Positions 1 to 10,025 of a DNA stretch of 64,000 nucleotides are shown here, one piece after another. A program made the position numbers and the translations under genes. Origin of the DNA: Octopus vulgaris (taxonomy: Eukaryota); NCBI GenBank assembly GCA_951406725.2, contig OX597831.1, positions 6,386,001-6,450,000 on the forward strand. Reading direction: 5' to 3'. Position 1 is the stretch's first letter. Every line of letters begins with the position of its first letter. The notes beneath the pieces were generated by a model. The model saw only the letters and a list, made by a program, of their open reading frames with translations. It ran no database searches and was not told the origin of the DNA.

Positions 1-249
1 TATTTTCAGTTTGTCAGTCCTTAAACAATCAGCATCTACCACTGTGCTGGTGTTACTGGGAGAACAGATTCGGAACTCGAAGTAGCCATGTTGAAATAAC
101 TGCAGGTAAATGGAAACTGGGATCGAACGCGTGTTTTCTGGGTAATGTCTAACGTTGCCTCTGCTACCACTACGGAGCTTTCTTTGATGGCTTTCTCTTT
201 CGTATTGTACTGAACATGTGCCGCACTTTCTCTTGACCAAAATCAACGG
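1..249 (-). CDS. Coding exon 2 (runs off the window) of an AA15/LPMO_10-like secreted protein
   Basis: Minus-strand acceptor tttccctccag|CCG at 251/249, then 83 open codons in phase 0: PLILVKRKCGTCSVQYERESHQRKLRSGSRGNVRHYPENTRSIPVSIYLQLFQHGYFEFRICSPSNTSTVVDADCLRTDKLKI. This matches the AA15 motifs KCGxC, VRxY, GYFEFRxC and xxCL in order and spacing (family motifs recalled, not searched). Confidence 0.88.
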
Positions 250-297
250 CTGGAGGGAAATATGTAAGAGACAATAATTAGCAACAAATAATTAACA

Positions 298-520
298 ATT
301 TCTTTACTGCCCACAAGGGGCTAAACACAGAGTGGACAAACAAGGACAGACACACGGATTAAGTCGATTATATCGACCCCAGTGCGTAACTGGTTCTTAA
401 TTTATTGACCCCAAAAGGATGAAAGGCAAAGTCGACCTCGGCGGAATTTGAACTCACAACGTAACGACAGACGAAATACGGCTACGCATTTCGCCCGGCG
501 TGCTAACGTTTCTGCCAGCT
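298..520 (-). mobile_element. tRNA-derived SINE (family 1, central GCCTTTCATCC..GGGGTCGATAAA domain)
   Basis: The reverse complement starts with an A-box-like TGGCAGAAACGTTAG and a B-box GAGTTCAAATTCC. Near-identical copies lie at 2634-2988, 7134-7333 and 57105-57262. Confidence 0.85.
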
Positions 521-531
521 AACGTTTAAAT

Positions 532-535
<4 letters not shown>

Positions 536-600
<65 letters not shown>

Positions 601-604
601 GTGT
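536..604. repeat. (GT)n microsatellite
   Basis: Direct reading. Confidence 0.97.
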
Positions 605-609
605 ATACA

Positions 610-892
610 CAGGGTCTCTCAAAAGTCCCTGATGGGTTTCAATTTCTAATAACTTCCTTAACTCTACAAATAAATGCCTGAAATTTTGATACAATATATA
701 AAGGACATAATGGAAATTAATATGAAAAATGACATCGCTCAAACGGCAGCCATTATCGTCTTCGCACACCCGTGCCCTTTCCAAAACTTGCACCATGACA
801 CCCTCAAGAGTTTCAGACCCCACTTCTCTGATTTCTCTATCAATGTTCTCCTTCAGTTGCACCAGGGTCTCCGGTTTGTTGATGTAAATCCT
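610..892 (-). mobile_element. 3' end and TIR of a Tc1/mariner (DD41D-like) element
   Basis: The minus strand encodes IYINKPETLVQLKENIDREIREV..LEGVMVQVLERARVC...CRLSDVIFH (transposase C-terminus). Terminus CAGGGTCTCTCAAAAGTC. It is an inverted homologue of 3475-3779. Confidence 0.8.
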
Positions 893-1073
893 GGCGCACA
901 TGGCGGAGACGTAAACCAACCCCTCCACCCTTAATTTTTTTTTTTTTAACGGAAACCTACGTTTCTGAAAACAAATTGGCGAAAATCGCAACTTCAAAAT
1001 TTCAATTCCCCACCTTCCTTCATTTTTCACTTTTTATCAGAAATCTTTTTTGGGGAAATACGTAGAAAAATAC

Positions 1074-1323
1074 GGTACTACTTGGGAACATGGTCCCGGT
1101 GCGCGCACTCGCATACTCGCGCATCCGCGCTAGCTAGTCATGACTAGTCGATCCTTACTTTGTGTTTTTGTGTGTTATTTACTTTGTTTAACAAAAATTA
1201 TTTACTTTGTGTTTTATTTACTTTGCTAGGTAGTCGTTGTAGGATCGACAAGTCACGACTAGCTAGCGCGGATGCGCGACTACGCGAGTGCGCGCACCGG
1301 GACCACTGTTCTCAAGTAGTACC
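1074..1323. mobile_element. 250-bp MITE, Mutator (MULE)-like
   Basis: TIRs of about 85 bp (GGTACTACTTG...CAAGTAGTACC) and a perfect 9-bp TSD, GAAAAATAC, at 1065-1073 and 1324-1332. Confidence 0.88.
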
Positions 1324-1734
1324 GAAAAATACGGAGATTATGATTCTGAAAACAAAAATTGTCTGTAAAATTTCAATTTTTCAAAAAAAATAAATCACCC
1401 CACCCCCTCCAATTCTACAGCCTTCAAGCTGGCTATCCACATGGTAGAAATAACAGCCAAATCTCATAGGAATTTGTTGGGTGAAAAAAAAACTGCGATA
1501 AAATAATGAAAGAAATCCGTAATCACTCTATTTCACCTTTCGGCAAAGATTTCTTTCAGAGAAATTTCCCGCAGTAAAATGAGGAAATACTGCGAGAAAG
1601 TTGTAAAAAAGGAGTCTGTTGGAGATTTAGCTGTTATTTCTGCTCTCGTATTTTTTTGTAATTTACAAGTTTCAGTTTGTAGAAAAAAACACTTTCAGTT
1701 GTAAAAAAAAAATTTAAAAAAAAAAACCCAACGA

Positions 1735-2154
1735 GCAGGAGTGGCTGTGTGGTAAGTAGCTTGCTAACCAACCACGTGGTTCCGGGTTCAGTCCCACTGC
1801 GTGGCATCTTGGGCAAATGTCTTCTACTATAGTCCCGGGCCGACCAATGCCTTGTGAGTGGATTTGGTAGACGGAAACTCAAAGAAGCCTGTCGTATATA
1901 TGTATATATATATATATATATGTATGTGTGTATGTTTGTGTGTCTGTGTTTGTCCCCCTAGCATTGCTTGACAACCGATGCTGGTGTGTTTACGTCCCCG
2001 TCACTTAGCGGTTCGGCAAAAAAGACCGATAGAATAAGTACTGGGCTTACAAAGAATAAGTCCTGGGCTCGATTTGCTCGACTAAAGGCGGTGCTCCAGC
2101 ATGGCCGCAGTCAAAATGACTGAAACAAGTAAAAAGAGTAAAAAGAGTAAAGAG
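1735..2154 (+). mobile_element. tRNA-derived CORE-type SINE (family 2) with internal (TA)/(TG) tract and (GTAAAAAGA)n tail
   Basis: A box TGGCTGTGTGG, B box GGTTCAGTCCC. A near-identical copy lies at 58592-58994. Confidence 0.88.
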
Positions 2155-2633
2155 AACACTTTAATTTCACTTTTTCACAGTATTCCTCATTTTACTGCGA
2201 TCGTGAATTGTAAATCAGTTTCAACAAAACGGAAAGACAATTTTAGTAAATCAACGAAGGATTAATTAGTTATATTATATTTCTGATTTCAGGATTTTTT
2301 TGTTCAATACAGAGGATGGTTAATGATAATTATTTCAAAACTTACCACAGAGCGAAATAGATATTCCAAAGTCATGGCAACATTTGAGCTGACCAATTAA
2401 GAATTATGGGATTATTGATGTGTTTTGGTCAGAATTTTTACGGGTCAAGAAGTCAAACCCATTCAACTTTTTAGTCTATCGCGTCAGCGACATCAATTAC
2501 AAAGGATTGTTGGCAAAGAAAAACTGATTGGAGGAGAAGCCCAAAACATGCTTTTTTTCTGAAAGCATGCCTTCCGTAGTTATTTTATAGAGATAAAAAA
2601 GAATCTTACAGGCAATGAAATAATAGCTTATGA

Positions 2634-2988
2634 GGCGGCGTTGTGAGTTCAAATTCCGCCGAGGTCAACTTTGCCTTTCATCCTTTCGGGGTCGATAAAT
2701 TAAGTACCAGTTACGCTCTGGGGTCGATATAATCGACTTAATACCTATGTCTGTCCTTGTTTGTCCCCTCTATGTTTAGCCCCTTGTGGGTAATAAAGAA
2801 ATAGGTATTTCGTCTGCCGTTACGTTGTGAGTTCAAATTCCGCCGCGGTCGACTTTGCCTTTCATCCTTTCGGGGTCGATTAAATAAGTACCAGTTACGC
2901 ACTGGGGTCGATGTAATCGACTTAATCCGTTTGTCTGTCCTTGTTTGTCCCCTCTGTGTGTAGCCCCTTGTGGGCAGTAAAGAAATAA
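2634..2988 (+). mobile_element. Two tandem 5'-truncated copies of SINE family 1
   Basis: The segment gttgtgagttcaaattccgccg...aaagaaata occurs twice, starting near 2640 and 2824. Confidence 0.85.
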
Positions 2989-3315
2989 GTTATTGAAAGA
3001 TAGGAGGGGGGGACAAAAGATTTCATATGCATTTTTCTTAAAGCATACCTAGTGGAAGCAAACTGGAAACCCATCAATCTGGATGCGTTTCCTTTGCAAC
3101 AAAGTAACTTTTTCAGCTCAGTTTCCAATGAATTGGACAACTTTTCAATCTAGTTATAAATACATTACGTCCTTAAATTGATTTTTGAGTTATATAAAAA
3201 TCAACGGACATGTAATGCATGACTAGCATGTCTCGACTGCACGCCACTGCCCACAAGAAAAAAATCGGAGCTAGTCAAGTCTGGGGAATGTGAAGGCCAT
3301 TCAAAGTAGACCTCG

Positions 3316-3779
3316 GAAGCAACTGCTCATACCGCAAGAGAAATAATGCAGTTGCTACGGCAGTGCTTTGGAGAGAGAAAAATCTCCCGCTACGGCAATG
3401 TCAACTGGCCTTCACCGTTCCCCACACTTGATTAGCCCGGATTTTTTCTTGAGGGGATACCCGAAAGAGAGGGTTTACGCCAACAAACTGGAGACCCTGG
3501 TGCAACTGAAGGACAACATTAATAGAGAAATCAGAGATGTGGGTCTGAAATTCTTGAGGGTGTTATGGTGCAAGTTTTGGAAAGAGCGCAGGTGTGTGAA
3601 ACTGAAAATCGCTGCCATTTAAGCGATGTCATTTTTCATATGTGATGTAGCAAAATTTGACTTGTGCATATTCATTTCCAGTATGTCCTTTAAATTGTAT
3701 CAAAATTTCATGCATTTGTTTGTAAAGTTAAGGAAGTTATTAAAAATTGAAACTCATCAGTGACTTTTGGGACACCCTG
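3316..3779 (+). pseudogene. Frameshifted Tc1/mariner transposase 3' half (DD41D/rosa-like spacing) plus TIR
   Basis: ATAHTAREIMQLLRQCFGERKISRYGNVNWP(fs)RSPHLISPDFFLRGYPKERVYANKLETLVQLK...CHLSDVIFHM*. The inferred spacing from the (DG)ATAH motif to the third Asp is 41 residues. Ends GACTTTTGGGACACCCTG. Confidence 0.8.
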
Positions 3780-3807
3780 TGTGTGTGTGTGTGTAGGCAA
3801 ATAAATC

Positions 3808-3808
<1 letters not shown>

Positions 3809-3895
<87 letters not shown>
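3809..3895. repeat. (GATA)n microsatellite
   Basis: Direct reading. Confidence 0.97.
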
Positions 3896-3896
<1 letters not shown>

Positions 3897-4108
3897 ATAT
3901 GTTGACAAGGCAATATTAATAGGAGAGCGACTCAATCAAAGCAGTTGACTCGAGAACATTACTGGTATTACATTATCGACACTTGATGGGATTTGAAATT
4001 AAAACAGTAAATCTCTAAATCATACAGAGCTGGGAAACACTGTCAGCATTATTGTTTATGCTTACATAGCTTACCATAGCGTTGATATTTACAAATGGAT
4101 AAAGCAGC

Positions 4109-4195
4109 GTGGTGGCAGAAAAGTTAACACGCTGAGTTCAAATTCCGCCGAGGTCGACTTCGTCTTTAATCCTTTCAGGTTCGATAAAAATAAGC
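4109..4195 (+). mobile_element. Internally deleted fragment of SINE family 1
   Basis: tggcagaaaagttaacacgc..gagttcaaattccgccgaggtcgactt..ttcgataaa matches the other copies. Confidence 0.7.
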
Positions 4196-4403
4196 TGGGA
4201 TTTTCAGAAAATGGAATCAGTTAATTGACTCACACATTACAAATGCAATTTGTAAGTGTAAGAGTAAAAATACACAAAACTTTTCTCAAGTTTAAAATGT
4301 GACATGATTTTGTTATCTACATTCCAACGATGGAACTTTGTATCTTTGTCAGAAACCAGTTCCTTCTTCAAAGGAAGAATTTAAATAATTAAAAGCAAAA
4401 GAG

Positions 4404-4404
4404 A

Positions 4405-4440
<36 letters not shown>

Positions 4441-4665
4441 CACACACCACACATATACATATATACGCACATACATACACACACACACACAAACCACACA
4501 CCACACACATACATATATACGCACATACATACACACACACACATACATACATACATAGATGCATGCATGTATACACACATAAGAACATGCAAACATACGG
4601 ACATACACACATACATGCACTCATACATACACACATATACAGTGTGTGTGTGTGTGTGTTTTGTG
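4404..4665. repeat. Compound (CA)n/(CATA)n/(TG)n microsatellite
   Basis: Direct reading. It accounts for the spurious V/C/Y-rich ORFs here. Confidence 0.95.
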
Positions 4666-4822
4666 TGTGAAACAAATAAACGAGAGGGAACACGAGACGT
4701 GTCAGTGGAAGAAATTCCGAAACTCGAAACCAATTGTTGATACAGTTTTGTGTGACAAGAAACGTTCTTACTGATTGGAAACCATTATCAAAACCGATAA
4801 TTATAAACAGTTAATGGCTTAC

Positions 4823-5023
4823 GTGTCTTCCATGGCAATCCAGTTGATTGCTCCTGAGGTTCGTGGTCTCTGTGGAACCGGTTCTCCAAAACTTCGATCT
4901 CTGTTGCGGTTCCGTCATTGTCCCTTGTGAATTGATGCTGTTTACAAGAAACCCCAAAATGACGAGGGAGGACAAACTCTGGAAATTTAAAATTAAAAAC
5001 TTCTTTGGCTTCGAATTAGCCAT
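4823..5023 (-). CDS. Coding exon 1 of the AA15/LPMO_10-like gene (signal peptide plus N-terminus of the mature domain)
   Basis: ATG at 5023; 67 codons MANSKPKKFLILNFQSLSSLVILGFLVNSINS-QGTMTEPQQRSKFWRTGSTETTNLRSNQLDCHGRH; donor CAC|GTAAGC at 4823/4822, phase 0. The predicted mature part aligns without gaps to the AA15 N-terminus HGRLxEPPSRxSMWRxGFxxPxNYNDNELFCGG. Confidence 0.88.
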
Positions 5024-5332
5024 TGGTATAAGAAGAATAATGGTTGGCAGTAATATTCTGTTATTTTTTCTTTCTTTTTCCTTTTTCGATTTATTCTGCT
5101 TTAAGCACGGGCGATCTTTCGTTTGTAGTAGCACGTTTCCGTCGATGATTTTCGTAAAAAACTTTTATTTGTTTACATATGGGCTTGCGGGAACATTTGA
5201 AGTAATGAGAGCGAAAGAGACTAAGAGGAAGCGATTTTATGACGAGGGAATTTCTTTTGAAGTTACCGAAGCACATATACACGTTACTCCGTTTCGTCTA
5301 TATTATTACTGGTATCGTTGCTGATAGAGACG

Positions 5333-5815
5333 GTGATGTTGTTGGTAGTGATGGTAATGATGATGATGATGATGTTAGTTGTGCTGTGGATTAACTTCAG
5401 GTCATCCCTGAATGAGCAGACCTTGGACCAAAAGCCTTTCAACCATAGCCATTTCGTCCTTTTATATATCTTGGACTACACTAGATAATGTGTCTTTCCT
5501 TTTCTCTTCCTTTGTGACTGTAGAGAATTTGGCCGCTGTTTCCAGCAGGTTGGTGACTGGTTCGCTTGCTATTAGTGTTGTTGGTCGTGATTGTAAATGG
5601 TTATTGATGGGGTTGGTGCTAGTCTTCTAAGTGGTGGCGGTCGGCATTGGTGTTGTTGATGATGTGGTGTTATCAGTATTATTGGTGCTCTTAACGCAGT
5701 TGTTGTATGGGTGATTGTTGTTGTGTTTGATGGTTTTTGGTGTTGGTGATGGTGGTGGTGGCGGACGTCGTCGTGGAGTTATTAGCAGTGTTGTTAATGA
5801 ATGATATTCGTGTTG
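5333..5815. repeat. Degenerate GAT/GTT/GGT trinucleotide low-complexity region with an embedded old repeat fragment (about 5385-5560)
   Basis: Direct reading. The piece atttggccgctgtttccagcaggt resembles the reverse complement of short motifs near 1445 and 57725. Confidence 0.6.
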
Positions 5816-6516
5816 TGCCATCCACGTCCGATTAATTAATTGTGGATCCCAAGTGATTCTATTGTTTTTATTCCTAACAAGCGGTTGCTTGGTCAGATCG
5901 TCTGCCAAAGACAGTAACGGGATGACATGAAATGCCTTCAAATGTGCACCTCAGCTTATAAATGACGCCCCAAAAAAGATGCCTCCGGCTTCTCTTGACT
6001 CACTTTATATTTGGTCGGATGGTTTACACAGGAATCTCGTTAACTTTTCCTTTCTTTTTAAAACTTATAGAAATAAATAAAGAATAACAAGCAGGCAAAC
6101 AGACAAACCTGAATATAGTCAAAATACAATGAATACCTCACTCATACAAAACGAAAATAATACCCCAAACTTTACATGAATAAAAAAAAAATGGATAAAA
6201 AATAGGAGGAGTTGAAAAAGGAATATTTAATTACTTCGTAAGTAATTTTAAAAAATTAATAATAATACAGATCCGCCAGCAAGAAAAAAATCATTTAATG
6301 CATCCTCATTTTATATTTATTTAAAGCAACAGAAATTGTTATTTTTTTTATAACGCTCAACATTTAGACACTATTCAAATATAATATAATAAATATATAA
6401 TAAATATATTATAATATCCCAGCAATAAAAAAAAGGAAGAGGAAACGCAAATACTTTCTTTTATTATGGCAATCTTTCATTTTATGATCTAGAAAGTGAA
6501 AGTAATGAAGTCAGTA

Positions 6517-6780
6517 AAAAAAAATTTTTTATGCGCCCTTTTGAAGCCTAGCCAGGCTCATGGGCCCGGTTTCCCGGTTTCTATGGCGTATGTGTTCCCC
6601 AGTTGGACGGGACGCCAGTCCATCGCAGCGTTACTCATTTTTGCCAGCTGAGTGGACTGGAGCAACGTGAAATGGAGTGTTTTGCTCAAAAACACAACGC
6701 GTCGCCCGGTCCAGGAATCGAAACCACAATCTTACGATCGTGATGCTGACACCCTAACCACTAAGCCACTCGCCTCCACT
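6517..6780 (-). mobile_element. Full-length tRNA-derived SINE (family 3; CORE-like segment plus a V-SINE-like GCGATGGACTGGCGTCCCGTCCA segment)
   Basis: A box TGGCTTAGTGG, B box GTTTCGATTCC, and a 12-bp TSD ATGAAGTCAGTA at 6505-6516 and 6781-6792. Confidence 0.9.
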
Positions 6781-6990
6781 ATGAAGTCAGTAGAGATTGT
6801 AATTTGCCAGAAACTTTACAGAGATACCAAAAGTGAAAGAATTGTTTTTCTTTGAAATGAAATAAAAATTATACAAACCTGATCTTACAAAATGGTTATT
6901 GCAAAATTTGATTGTTTGTATATTGCTTTTGATTATTTTTTAAATAATTTCTTTAAAAATAAACTAAAATATACAAATTAGACAGGATAA

Positions 6991-7087
6991 TACGATGGTG
7001 TGCTGAAAAGTTCCTGGCTTTAAAGTATCGCGAAAGGCTAGATTAAAGGCTCAACCTTCCCAGTTCTTTTACAGGCTTAGAAAAACT
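6991..7087 (+). mobile_element. Possible mariner-type terminus (TA-CGATGGTGTGCTGAAAAGTT)
   Basis: Resembles mariner TIR starts. No partner TIR is visible in the window. Confidence 0.4.
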
Positions 7088-7092
7088 TTACT

Positions 7093-8040
7093 TTTTACTT
7101 TTCTCGAAGTAGCAAACGTCAAAATGACTTCAATTCCGAGTTCGTTACGTTCCGAGTTCAAACGTTACGTTCCGAGTTCAAATTCCGCCGAGGTCGACTT
7201 TGCCTTTCATCCTTTCAGGGTCGATAAATTAAGTACCAGTTACACACTGGGGTCGATGTAATCGACTTAATCCCTTTGTCTGTCCTTGTTTGTCCCCTCT
7301 GTGTTTAGCCACTTGTGGGTCGTAAAGAAATAAATATGATACAAGGTGTTGTCGGCACAAAAGAAAACAAGATTCCAAAGCTTTTGCAAACTAGATGGTT
7401 GTCGCGTGAAAATGTAATTAACGTTATGATAGAACAATGGGATGCCCTTTTATTTTATTTTCAGTCAGAGGCTAAAGTAGAAAAAGTGGAGGGAGCAAAA
7501 AGGATCTGTTAAACAATGATTAAGAAAGGGACGAAGCACGTGCTGGTCTTCTTACATTGTAGATTAAAGAAAGTAAATGCTATTAATGTCGTGTTTCAAT
7601 CGGAACACTTTTGACTGTTTCTGTTGCATACACTCGTATTCAGTGAATATAAAAAAAGAATGTTTTAGCTGTATCTAAATTATCAGATATTGATCTTAAT
7701 AACACAACAAATCACAAAGCTATGAGTGATATTTACCTCGGTGGACGCGCAATGAGATATCTAGAACAAAACCCCATCGTTGGTGACTCAGCTAGATTCA
7801 AAACTGATTGCAAAAACTTTTTAATGGAATTACGCTCTCAAATAAAAATGCGCTTTCCTCTCGATGAAGCTGGAGTGTTTGCCCTCTTAGAAATACTTGA
7901 TCCAAGAGTAGCGCGCGATCTCACTCACTCTCCTCAGTCGATGATTCCCTTGGCATCAAACTTTCCAGCAATTGCACCAGAAAACATACTTGATGAGTGG
8001 AGACTGTTTCGGCAATCTAAAGATATTCCTGAGATGTACT
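7093..8040 (+). pseudogene. Decayed hAT-superfamily (ZNF862/C17orf113-like) transposase interrupted by a SINE
   Basis: YFSRSSKRQNDFN|SINE|MIQGVVGTKENKIPKLLQTRWLSRENVINVMIEQWDALLFYF...IYLG...FKTDCKNFLMELRSQIKMRFP...ILDP...LDEWRLF. Contains the TRWLS hAT motif, with stops and frameshifts. Confidence 0.78.
7134..7333 (+). mobile_element. SINE family 1, 5'-truncated with a stuttered start
   Basis: tccgagttc is repeated three times before the normal body. It sits inside the hAT reading frame, with a possible short AAT duplication. Confidence 0.85.
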
Positions 8041-8381
8041 TGCATAGCGAGTGACTTGATCTGAGATCGTGTGCTGGAACGAAAACAATTGCATCGCAGA
8101 AGGTGTTTATCAGCCACATAAGAAACACACAAAAACCGTCAGATTCACTTCAACAGTTAAATAGAATTTGTCAAAATATTTTCGTCGCTTTGAGACCGCT
8201 TTGAGACCGCGACCTGTTCACTGACAAAAGTTTTGTCAGCGACGAAAATATTTTGACAAATTAAATTTAAATATTGAAGTGAATCTAACGGTTTTTGTGC
8301 GTTTCTTAAATGACTTATAAACACCTTCCACGCTGCAAATGTTTTCGTTCCAGCACACGATCTCAGATCAAATTACTTGCA
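8040..8381. mobile_element. Fold-back element: two diverged inverted arms of about 140 bp centred on 8230 (MITE or Penelope-type terminal repeat)
   Basis: The arm gatctgagatcgtgtgctggaacgaaaaca...tttgtcaaaatattttcgtcgct is mirrored at 8239-8381. Central hairpin CTGACAAAA-G-TTTTGTCAG. Confidence 0.78.
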
Positions 8382-8409
8382 AAATGATCAGTTGAGCAAA
8401 AACTGTTAT

Positions 8410-8636
8410 AATAATAATAATAATCCTTTCTACTCTAGGCACAAAGCCTGAAATTTCGGGGGAAGGGGTAAGTCGATTACATCGACTCCAGTACTCAACT
8501 GGTACTTGTTTTATCGACCCTTGAAAGGATGGATGAAAAGTAAAAATCGACCTCGGCGGAATTTGAACTCAGACTGTAAAGACGGACGAAATGCCGCTGA
8601 GCATTTCATCCGGCGTGCTAATGATTCTGCCAGCTG
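8410..8636 (-). mobile_element. SINE family-1 relative with a different 3' tail ending in (TTA)n
   Basis: Same head and central domain as family 1, with the alternative tail cctttctactctaggcacaaagcctgaaattt. Confidence 0.8.
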
Positions 8637-8647
8637 ACTTACCTTAA

Positions 8648-8721
8648 AGAAGAAGAAGAAGAAGAAGAAGAAGAAGAAGAAGAAGAAGAAGAAGAAGAAG
8701 AAGAAGAAGAAGAAGAAGAAG

Positions 8722-8753
<32 letters not shown>
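8648..8753. repeat. (GAA)n followed by (CAA)n
   Basis: Direct reading. Confidence 0.97.
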
Positions 8754-8754
<1 letters not shown>

Positions 8755-10025
8755 AAGAATAATAAATAGAAACTTGAAGTTTCTTAACCTCTAATGAACT
8801 TGTCGGTTCCTAAGTAAAGTCTATACGAAAGAAAACAAAGAGAAAAAAAACTCCTTCAAAACTTCATCAAATGCAAAGGTCGTCGTCTGCTCTGACAACT
8901 AATTTCACGACTCCAGTTTAATATCTTGTGATGTGAATACACATTGTTTAGTAAATGACTTACATTTCAAGCGGTTGTCTACTTCTGGACACCATTCTCT
9001 GAATTTAATAAGTCATATGACGATCTCATGAAAAGACAACAAAATTAGTTTAAACTTTTCTTCTTTTTTTTTTTTACATTCTAACTGGAAAGATTACAAG
9101 CTTCCACGTTATTCTTATCATTGTATTTTGTATATTGTTACCGAAGTGGGCAGACATCATATTCTATTGTGTTGAGGGGAGAGAAAAGGCGAAGACCTTG
9201 ACAAAGTTTCATGTTTGTACAAGGAAAAAAAGAGAAAAAATAATTTTCCGATGGCAACAACTTCTCAAATAATGGTTCAAAAGGAATATTTTGTATTATC
9301 TTTCATGTAGCAAAACACCAAAAAAAAAAAAGAAATTAGTTTTGACACTAAAAGCAGGAGACTAAACCTCGCAAAAACCACCGAATAAAACAATCTCCAT
9401 AGATTTCCTACAAATCAGTTTTTAAAAGACTCGGATTAAGACAACACAATCGGTGACGATCGCGGATCAAGGTCAGTAAATGAAGACAAAGGAATTGGAA
9501 CTTATCGATATAACTCCTGACAGTTCTTCCATCGTTTCAGTTATTGTGTCGTTATACACAAATATCGATTTATTTTCGACAAGCTACAAGATTTCAATAG
9601 TTTTAGACGATAGGCAAATGCGAAAATGGCGTCGAATAGCTTTTAGTAAAGCATCGTCAATGAAACAACCCAGTTTGAGATTACCTGGGATTAACAAGTT
9701 GTTGTACATATCTTGTCTCCTCGCTCAGTATAGTATGAATGTTAAAATATGGCGATAATGGATTAAAACTAGCTTCATGCAAAAAGTTCTCTTATCCTTT
9801 ACAGTGTTATCTTAAGATGTGCGCACATTGAGCAGTTGTATTGGGATGGGAATGCGATACAAGTCCCGGAGTCTAATACTAATCTATCAAAGTTGCGATT
9901 GTATATAAAAGAACCCACTGCTAAAGCCGTCCTAACGCTATGAATCAAAATACTATAACCATAATGAAAAATTTAACAGTTCTAGTAATTATTTACATTT
10001 GACGGATATTTGTACTCATCTTGTT

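Noticed and set aside
503-1030. 175-aa minus-strand ORF with a (HT)n tail
   Set aside because: It is a chimera of unrelated sequence, a mariner C-terminal relic and a (CA)n microsatellite.
4925-4927. Idea that cephalopod A-to-I editing restores His at the Gln codons
   Set aside because: Editing CAA can only give CAG (Gln) or CGA/CGG (Arg), never CAC/CAT. The same holds for 91-93.
4848-5324. 158-aa plus-strand ORF
   Set aside because: It is the antisense shadow of the LPMO-like exon 1 and its UTR, with a non-ATG start and no recognisable motif.
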